From: Rhodanobacteraceae bacterium
Lineage (GTDB): Bacteria > Pseudomonadota > Gammaproteobacteria > Xanthomonadales > Rhodanobacteraceae
DNA length: 51,427 nucleotides
Direction: 5' to 3'
Assembly: GCA_035572335.1 (NCBI GenBank)
Contig: DATNAW010000014.1
Coordinates: 1 to 51,427 of the forward strand
Shown: positions 26,734 through 33,330 of the stretch, piece after piece
Layout: each line of letters begins with the position of its first letter
Position numbering within the stretch: the stretch's first letter is position 1
Program-made: the position numbers and the translations under genes
Notes under the pieces: model-generated
The model's input: only the letters and a program-made list of their open reading frames with translations
Databases searched by the model: none
What the model was told of the DNA's origin: nothing

Positions 26734-27704
26734 GGTTTGGACGAAAGCGGCAACACGGTGGGATCGACATCGACACGCGGGCGGACGAACGCCAACCCGG
26801 AATTCCCGAGCCAATGCGCCAGATCGCGGCCGGTGATCGCTTCGAGCAGATGGATGTCCGGCGCGAAATGTGTCCGCATGTCGCGCAGCAGGCCGGAAGG
26901 AATATCCGGCGGCCGCGACGGCACGAAGCTGGCCTCCCGCAAGGCGTTCAAAACGCCAAGCCGCCGGATGCCCATCCGCTTCTTGGCGTACATCGCCAGG
27001 CGCACGACGGATTTTGGCGGCCTTTGCACGAGCGAAGCCAGCGTTTGCGAACGTGCCTGCGTGCGCGCGTTCACGACCGGGAATTCGCTGCGCCCGTCAT
27101 GCGGAAGATCGAGGAACGACAAGGCCTCGCGGTAAACCTTTGCGGGATCGGCGGAGAAATCCTCGAGGAACCACCACCGCACCTGCGACTTCGGAAAAAC
27201 ATCCAGCACACGCTGCAATTGCAATCCCAGCAGCGCGGCCTCATCGTAGAGCAGGGTCTTGCACTCGCGGCAGCGCGCCGGAATCTCGTTGCCGGCGCGG
27301 CGCTCTGCGCACAGCGCCCACGCTTGTGCGAAATCCGCGACGTCTTCGTCGCAATCGTGCAGCCGTTGGCCGTGCAGCGAGACCACCAGATCCAGCGGAT
27401 TGCGCAGCATCACCAGCAGGCGCGCGGAAGGAAAGCGCCGATGCAGTTCGGGCACGGCGACTTCCGAATGCATGTAGATGGTGGAACCTTCGCCGACCGC
27501 CCGATAGGTTTCGTCGGCGTCGCGGAACAGCGCTTCGTACTCGCTCCAATGCTTCGCGACGCGAATGGCCGGAAAGTCCAGCGCGAAAAACGCGGGCTCC
27601 TTCGGAACGCACATGAACACATCCGGATGCGCGCCCAGGTAGACGCTCAGCGCGGTCGTGCCGCACTTCGGTGCTCCGACGATGAAGAAATTCGGCAGCA
27701 TCAT
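26730..27704 (-). CDS. PAPS-dependent sulfotransferase (copy 2 of a tandem pair)
   Basis: NFFIVGAPKCGTTAL and LLVMLRNPLDLVVSLH. Colinear similarity to copy 1 runs along the whole length. ATG 27704 (MMLPNF) forms an ATGA overlap with the flippase stop. The 709-aa ORF-track extension is read-through over the flippase gene in another frame. Confidence 0.8.
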   Translation of the reverse strand: MMLPNFFIVGAPKCGTTALSVYLGAHPDVFMCVPKEPAFFALDFPAIRVAKHWSEYEALFRDADETYRAVGEGSTIYMHSEVAVPELHRRFPSARLLVMLRNPLDLVVSLHGQRLHDCDEDVADFAQAWALCAERRAGNEIPARCRECKTLLYDEAALLGLQLQRVLDVFPKSQVRWWFLEDFSADPAKVYREALSFLDLPHDGRSEFPVVNARTQARSQTLASLVQRPPKSVVRLAMYAKKRMGIRRLGVLNALREASFVPSRPPDIPSGLLRDMRTHFAPDIHLLEAITGRDLAHWLGNSGLAFVRPRVDVDPTVLPLSSKP

Positions 27705-29065
27705 CGTTTGCTCGGGAGAGGCAAGATGGTCGGGTTCACGTGCAACCGCGTGCGGACGAACGTCAGGCCGGTTACGTTCCATGCCACGGCTCCGAGCGCG
27801 GTCGCGATCGCGGCGCCGATCAACCCGAATATCGGAATCAGCGCGACGCTGAACACCACGTTCAACGCGGCCGCCAATGCCATGAACCACGAAGCCTGGC
27901 GTTCGTAGCGTGTCATCGTCATCAGGAAGCCGGTGGGTCCGGTCATCGCGGCGACGCACTGGCCGGCCAGGATGATGAGCAGCGGAATGTAGGCAGCTTC
28001 CGCGAAGCCCTTGCCGAACAATTGCAGCGCCCAGTACCCGGCGATCGCGATCGCCAGCGCGACGGCGGCGGTGACCACGAACGTCAGCTTGGCTGCGTGG
28101 TGCACCAGCCTCGCCATGGTGGCGTGGTCTTCGGCCGCGTAGCTTTCCGCGATCATCGGCGCGAGGATCGTGTTGACCGCGGTGAGGCCGTACGCCGCGA
28201 TCGCCGCCAGCCGCACCGCCGCGTAATAGGGACCGACCACTTTCGCACCGGCGAGCGCACCGAGGATCAGGACGTCCACGCGGTTCGAAACGATCCCGAT
28301 CGCCGCCAGCAGGAACAACTGCCGCCCCAGCTTGAACCAGGCGCGCGGTTCGTAGCGTGGCCTGACGTGTTTCGCCGCGGCCGGCCACGCCCGCGACAGA
28401 TGCCACTCCGAACAGGCCACCGCGGCCAGCGCCGCGACCACGTTGGCCAGCATGATGCCCGGCGCGTCCAGCCGCAGGCCCAGCGGCAACGCGAGCACCA
28501 GCACCAGCACGATCAGGAACGCCGGCCGCACCAGGCTGTTGTACGCGCCGGAACTGATCGCCCGCTTGTAGCCGCGGAAAAATCCGCCGTTCAATCCGAG
28601 CTGCGTCAGCAGCGGCAGCAGCAGGAACGCCGCCAGCATCGTTTTCAGCGTGGCGCTGTCCATCCTGTCGCGCAGCGCGAACACCACCACGCCGCCGACC
28701 AGCATCACCGCGATGCTGCCCGCCAGCACCATTGCGCTGGTGCCGCGGCGCAATCCGCGCAGCGTGCCCCAATCCCTGCGGTGAAGATAGACCGGCACCA
28801 GGCGCACCACGCTGCTGCTTTGTCCCAGCAGCGACAGTACGCCCAGCACGCTGACCCATGACATCGCGTAGGCGTAGATGCCGTACTGCGATTTGCCGAC
28901 CAGCCGCGCCAGCAGCACGTTGACGATCAGGGCGAATGCCGCGCCGCCCACCTGCACCAGCAGTGCGCCGGAAGCGCCGCGGCGGAGCAGGCGCGTGGCC
29001 GCGGCGAAATCCGCGTGGGGCCGTTCCGGTCGCGCTGCCACAGCGTCGGTCGCTTCAACCGACAT
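27701..29065 (-). CDS. wzx: Wzx-type oligosaccharide flippase (MOP superfamily polysaccharide biosynthesis protein)
   Basis: 454 aa and hydrophobic throughout, with about 12 or more TM segments. The N-terminal RRGASGALLVQVGGAAFALIVNVLLARLVGKSQYGIYAY is typical of Wzx/RfbX-like proteins. It sits next to wzc. Confidence 0.75.
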   Translation of the reverse strand: MSVEATDAVAARPERPHADFAAATRLLRRGASGALLVQVGGAAFALIVNVLLARLVGKSQYGIYAYAMSWVSVLGVLSLLGQSSSVVRLVPVYLHRRDWGTLRGLRRGTSAMVLAGSIAVMLVGGVVVFALRDRMDSATLKTMLAAFLLLPLLTQLGLNGGFFRGYKRAISSGAYNSLVRPAFLIVLVLVLALPLGLRLDAPGIMLANVVAALAAVACSEWHLSRAWPAAAKHVRPRYEPRAWFKLGRQLFLLAAIGIVSNRVDVLILGALAGAKVVGPYYAAVRLAAIAAYGLTAVNTILAPMIAESYAAEDHATMARLVHHAAKLTFVVTAAVALAIAIAGYWALQLFGKGFAEAAYIPLLIILAGQCVAAMTGPTGFLMTMTRYERQASWFMALAAALNVVFSVALIPIFGLIGAAIATALGAVAWNVTGLTFVRTRLHVNPTILPLPSKR

Positions 29066-29113
29066 CGTCCTGCTTCCCCGGTGGCGCAGGTTCCGCGGTG
29101 GTCGCGATGCGCG

Positions 29114-31375
29114 TCATTGCACGTATCCGTCACCCTGGTAACCGTAGGCGTTGAAGCCGCCGCTGCGCCGTTCCATGCCGTTGAACACGACGCCCTTGAT
29201 CTCGACGCCGCTCTGGCGGAAGCGCTGCATCGCCATTTCGACTTCGCGCGACTGGTTGAGGCCGAAGCGCACCACCAGCAGGCTGGTACCGACGTGGTGG
29301 CCGATGATCGTCGCGTCGGTCACCGAAAGGATCGGCGGCGAGTCGATGACGATCAGGTCGTATTGCGGCGACAGCTTGTCCAGCAGCGACGCGAAGCGCG
29401 GCCGCATCAGCAGTTCGGACGGATTGGACGGCCGCCTGCCGGCGGGGATGAAGTGCAGGTTGTCGACGTCCTCGACCAGGCGGATCGCTTCCTCGAGGAT
29501 GATCCGGTCGGCGAGCAGTTCGGAAAGGCCGTGCTCCGCGCGGCCGCCGAGGATGGTGTGCAGCTTGCCGTCGCGCATGTTGGCGTCGATCAGCAGGACC
29601 CGCTGTCCGGCCTGCGCGTTGATCGCCGCGAGGTTGGCGGACACGAACGTCTTGCCGGCGTTCGGGCTGGAACCGCAGATCATGATGCGGTTGTCGTCGG
29701 CGTCGGGCGCGGTGAAGTACAGGCTGGTGCGCAGGCTGCGCAGGGCTTCGGCCGCGATGTCTTCGGGCGCCGCCAACGCCAGCAGGCGTTGCCGGCGGCG
29801 CGAGAACAGGCGCGGGCCGCTTTGCGACAATGCGAGTTGCTGCTCGCTCAACGGGATCGCGGTGTAAACCGGCAGGCCGAGCTGCTCGATTTCCGCCGGG
29901 TCCTCCACGCCGCGCTTCATGAACTGGCGCAGGAACACGAACGCCAGCGCCAGCACGCCGCCGGCCACGGTGCTGCCTGCCACCGTGATCAGTTTCTTCG
30001 GCTTGGCGGGACTGGTGATGTCGACGTTCGGCTGGTCCACGATGCGTGCGGTGCCGACCGCGCCGGCCTGCGAGATCTCCAGTTGCTGTTCTTCGTTCAA
30101 CAAGCCGTTGTAGGTGGTGTCCAGCACCTGCACGTTGCCGTTCAGCCGCAACAGTTCGCGCTGGGTGTCGGGCAGCGTGTTCATCTGGCTTTGCATCGCA
30201 CTCTTGCGCGAACGCAGCATCGCGATCTGGTTGACGATGGCCTTGTAGGCCGGGTGCTCCGGCGTGTACAGGCGCGCCGCCTCCAGCTTCTGCGTCTCGA
30301 GTTGGCGCAGGCTGTCATCGACGCTGTTCAATTCCGTCAGCAGGCTCTGCGTCTGCATCGGCACGTCCACCGAGTGCGCCTTGATCTGGTAGGCGTTGAG
30401 CGCGGCCTGGGCCTGTTCCAGGCGTTGCTTCACCACCGGCAGTTGCTTCTGCACGAACTTCAGGCTGTTGGCGGATTGCGCGGAATTGCGGCCCACGTTC
30501 TGCGCCAGGAAAGCCTGGGTGATGTAATCGAGGATCTGCACGGTCAGATGCGGGTTGGTGCCATCGAGCGTCAGCGCGATCACGTTGGAACCTTGCTGCG
30601 CCGGCTGGGCATTGATCGACGCCTGCAGTCCGGCAATGGTGGTCGCCTCGTTGTTGCGGGTGACGCTGAAGTGCGTGCCCGGATTGGCATCCAGTTTCGC
30701 GACGCGCATGGTGATGCCGTCATGCTTCACCGTCTGGCCGACCTGTCCCTGCAACAGCACGCTGCCATCGAAGAAGGGAAGCAGGCCATCCTTGCGCAAG
30801 GTGTACGAGCCGTCCTTGCCCGCGACCAGCGTCAGCTCCTGTCCGAGCAGGCTGTTGGGCACGTCGAGTTGCGGGACATCGAGGTGCGAGCCGCCCCAGT
30901 CGTAACGCCCGAATCCCGGCCATGCGCTGGCGACGTCGCCCGGCTTGGCCGGCGTGTAGAACTGCGCGGCGAGCTCACCTATCAGCGGCACCCGGTAAGG
31001 CGCAACCACGATGTTGAGGTTGAGCGCGTCGACCGCCTTCTTCACCACCGAATACGACGTGAGGATCGATACCGCGTCGGTGGATTCGGGATTGGATGCG
31101 CCCACCGCCTGTTCGACCGCGGTAATGCCGGGCAGCGTCGGAGCCTGTTCGACCTGCAACAGGGCGGAGGCCTCGTAGACCGGACGCGCGAGGAATACAT
31201 AGACGAGTCCCAGCACGAAGAAGATCGCGGTCACCGTGATGATGAGCCGCTTGTGGTCGATCAGCGTGCCGAGTAGTGCGCGCAGGTCGATTTCCTCGCC
31301 GGCCTGCTCGATCGGCAGCGCCCGCGCGTCGATGAACGCGCTTCGGGAATATTCAAGTCGTTGTGTGGGCGTCAT
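29114..31375 (-). CDS. wzc: Polysaccharide co-polymerase/BY-kinase (Wzc/GumC-like tyrosine autokinase), first gene of the minus-strand operon
   Basis: ATG 31375 has GGAGG 6 nt upstream. N-terminal Wzz-like region with 2 TM segments. Walker A GSSPNAGKTFVSANLA, Walker A-prime VLLIDANMRDG, Walker B DLIVIDSPP. Short C-terminal Tyr cluster NAYGYQGDGYVQ. Confidence 0.9.
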   Translation of the reverse strand: MTPTQRLEYSRSAFIDARALPIEQAGEEIDLRALLGTLIDHKRLIITVTAIFFVLGLVYVFLARPVYEASALLQVEQAPTLPGITAVEQAVGASNPESTDAVSILTSYSVVKKAVDALNLNIVVAPYRVPLIGELAAQFYTPAKPGDVASAWPGFGRYDWGGSHLDVPQLDVPNSLLGQELTLVAGKDGSYTLRKDGLLPFFDGSVLLQGQVGQTVKHDGITMRVAKLDANPGTHFSVTRNNEATTIAGLQASINAQPAQQGSNVIALTLDGTNPHLTVQILDYITQAFLAQNVGRNSAQSANSLKFVQKQLPVVKQRLEQAQAALNAYQIKAHSVDVPMQTQSLLTELNSVDDSLRQLETQKLEAARLYTPEHPAYKAIVNQIAMLRSRKSAMQSQMNTLPDTQRELLRLNGNVQVLDTTYNGLLNEEQQLEISQAGAVGTARIVDQPNVDITSPAKPKKLITVAGSTVAGGVLALAFVFLRQFMKRGVEDPAEIEQLGLPVYTAIPLSEQQLALSQSGPRLFSRRRQRLLALAAPEDIAAEALRSLRTSLYFTAPDADDNRIMICGSSPNAGKTFVSANLAAINAQAGQRVLLIDANMRDGKLHTILGGRAEHGLSELLADRIILEEAIRLVEDVDNLHFIPAGRRPSNPSELLMRPRFASLLDKLSPQYDLIVIDSPPILSVTDATIIGHHVGTSLLVVRFGLNQSREVEMAMQRFRQSGVEIKGVVFNGMERRSGGFNAYGYQGDGYVQ

Positions 31376-32109
31376 GGGATACCTCCAGGTTCGCCCGGGT
31401 CGTGCAAAGGAAATACCGGATGCGCATCAGGGGCCGCGGACGGACGGTGCAGGCGAGAGGACGTCTGCGTTCGGGCGTGTTCCGGGCATGCGCTTGCGAT
31501 TTCATCCTTGGCGTCGCTCCGTGTGGCAATGCGGCCGCTGTCCACTGACACCTGTGCAGCGGCCGGTGTCTTTCGAGTGATTCGCCGCATCGCGGCGATT
31601 CGCGTGCGTCGACACGTGGTGCATGCCGTGTCGCGGACGTGTTCGAATCAAGGATTCTTGCAACGATGTGCTGAACGAAACCAGCACAAATAAAGCACGC
31701 TTTCCGAATGTTTATGCGTTCATGAAATAGACAGCCATATAAACGTGCAGAAAATGCAAGCCCATACAAAAACTTGTCGGCCGCATTCCCGCGGCATCAC
31801 GTTTCAATGACAAAAATAAATGACATTTCATTCAGCGAATTGCGCTGGACACGCCTGGATCGGCATGGCCTACTGCGGAGCACATCGTGGCGGGATGCAG
31901 TGCATTCGACCGCGATTCCGCGCGTTTTACGCTGCGCGCGATGACGTTGGTGGCGTGGCACGCCCGGCATCGCCGTTCATCGTGGCAAGCACCTCGTCGA
32001 ACGGCGGACGGCAGGTTGCCGGTGCGTCGCGCGTCATGTACCGGGTTCGAGCGTGTGCTCCGGCAACCCGCGCGGCACATGCATTTTCCTCATCTGCAAG
32101 GACATGGCC
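31376..32109. promoter_or_regulatory. Divergent promoter/leader region between wzc and wza, with an AT-rich core
   Basis: A 734-bp non-coding gap between divergent genes. The core at 31680-31850 is much lower in GC than its surroundings and contains a direct repeat AATGACA (31806-31812 and 31819-31825). ORFs called here are short with implausible composition. Confidence 0.45.
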
Positions 32110-33273
32110 ATGGAACGTTTGCAGCGGACCCTGAATGGAACGGATTCCGGCGCGCATGCTGCGCGCCGAATGGATGCATTGCGCAGGGCAAATGCCCTGC
32201 GCTGCGTTTTCGCGATCATCGCGTGTGCGGCGATGGCGGGCTGCGTGCCCGGCCAGAACGCTTCGCTCAATGTCCGCGCCGCCAACAACAATCCCGATTA
32301 CGTGCACCTGGTGCCGATCACGCCGCAGGTGATCGCCGCGCAAAAAGCCGCGAATCCGCCCGCGGAAGTTCCTTCCGCACTGCTCGATTATCAGCCGCAG
32401 GGATACCAGATCGGTCCCGGCGACACGCTGTACATCACGGTGTGGAATCATCCGGAGCTGACCTCGCCGGCAGGCAACCAGCAGGAGGCGGCCGCCAATG
32501 GACGCGTGGTGCAACCGGATGGTTCGATCTACTATCCCTTCGCGGGCAAGGTGCAGGCGGCGGGCAAGACCATCGAGCAACTGCGCCAGGATCTGGCCCA
32601 CAAGCTCGCCACCTATCTCAAGAATCCGCAGGTGGATGTCAGCGTCATCAACTACGGCAGCCAGCGCGTATCGCTGGAGGGCGCATTCACCAACACCGGG
32701 CCGCAGCCGATCCTCGGCGTGCCGCTGACGCTGGGCGAAGCGATGGGCAAGGCGGTGGTGGACGATCCCAACGCCAACCTTTCGGACGTGACGTTGACGC
32801 GCGATGGGCTGGTCTACCACCTCGACATCGACCAGCTCCAACACGAGGGCCTCGCCAAGACCATTTACCTGAAGGGCGGCGACCGCATCTTCCTGCCGTA
32901 CAACAGCCACCAGAAGGCGTTCGTGATGGGCGAAGTGAATCGTCCGCTCGCCGTCCGCTTCAGTTCGGCCGACATCAGTTTGTCGGAGGCGATCGGTGCC
33001 GCCGGCGGGCTGAACCAGGTCACCTCGGAGGGCAAGATCTACGTCATCCGCAACACCACGCAGAACGGCGATTACAAGGCCACGGTTTACGAACTGGATG
33101 CGAAGTCGGTGGTCGCGTTCGCGCTGGGCAGCCAGTTCGAGGTGAAACCCGGCGACACGGTGTTCGCTTCGGCTGCGCCCATCACGCGCTGGAATCGTTT
33201 CCTGACGCAGCTGCTGCCACTGACCAGCGCGCTCAGTTCGACCGCCGCGGCCCAGTACTACATCCAGCGTTGA
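32110..33273 (+). CDS. wza: Wza-like outer-membrane polysaccharide export lipoprotein
   Basis: Poly_export motif YQIGPGDTLYITVWNHPELT, SLBB-like repeats, and lipobox AAMAGC in RCVFAIIACAAMAGCVPG. ATG 32110 has AAGGA 7 nt upstream. ATG 32170 (MDALRR...) and the GTG at 32053 in the ORF track are alternatives. Confidence 0.85.
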   Translation: MERLQRTLNGTDSGAHAARRMDALRRANALRCVFAIIACAAMAGCVPGQNASLNVRAANNNPDYVHLVPITPQVIAAQKAANPPAEVPSALLDYQPQGYQIGPGDTLYITVWNHPELTSPAGNQQEAAANGRVVQPDGSIYYPFAGKVQAAGKTIEQLRQDLAHKLATYLKNPQVDVSVINYGSQRVSLEGAFTNTGPQPILGVPLTLGEAMGKAVVDDPNANLSDVTLTRDGLVYHLDIDQLQHEGLAKTIYLKGGDRIFLPYNSHQKAFVMGEVNRPLAVRFSSADISLSEAIGAAGGLNQVTSEGKIYVIRNTTQNGDYKATVYELDAKSVVAFALGSQFEVKPGDTVFASAAPITRWNRFLTQLLPLTSALSSTAAAQYYIQR

Positions 33274-33295
33274 CGATCAGGTACAACGGTGCAGG

Positions 33296-33325
33296 AAAAA
33301 CGGGGCGTCGAAAGACGCCCCGTTT
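33296..33325. terminator. Bidirectional rho-independent terminator between convergent wza and the S9 peptidase gene
   Basis: AAAAA, then ACGGGGCGTC (33300-33309), gaaa loop, GACGCCCCGT (33314-33323), then TT. This is a perfect 10-bp GC-rich stem with A/T runs on both sides. It lies between the stops at 33273 and 33331. Confidence 0.75.
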
Positions 33326-33330
33326 GCGTG

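Noticed and set aside
16456-27704. Idea that AsnB-like + kinase-like + sulfotransferase genes form a lasso-peptide/RiPP cluster
   Set aside because: The AsnB homologue keeps the Cys2 glutaminase nucleophile typical of true amidotransferases. There is no precursor-peptide ORF and no B-type (transglutaminase-like) protease gene. The genes are interleaved with GT4, Wzx, Wzy-like and Wzc genes.
26730-28859. 709-aa ORF suggesting a large fusion protein ending in a sulfotransferase
   Set aside because: Only the last 324 codons look like a protein (sulfotransferase motifs, MMLPNF start with ATGA coupling). The upstream part overlaps the flippase gene in another frame and is Arg/Gly-rich read-through.
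29015-31276. 753-aa plus-strand ORF
   Set aside because: Antisense to the Wzc-like gene, which has Walker A, A-prime and B motifs and a Tyr tail. Shadow ORF.
31582-31598. GC hairpin TCGCCGC-atc-GCGGCGA in the wzc leader
   Set aside because: Short stem, 3-nt loop and no flanking U-run. Such palindromes are frequent in high-GC DNA.
31630-31655. GTTCGAATCA, resembling a tRNA T-loop
   Set aside because: The flanking 5-mers (ACGTG / CAAGG) cannot form a T-stem, and no acceptor or anticodon arms can be drawn.
31376-32109. Looked for an ops/JUMPStart element (GGCGGTAG) in the leaders of wzc, wza and the initiating transferase (also 12535-12946)
   Set aside because: I could not find the 8-mer on either strand by eye, so RfaH-type antitermination is not supported here.
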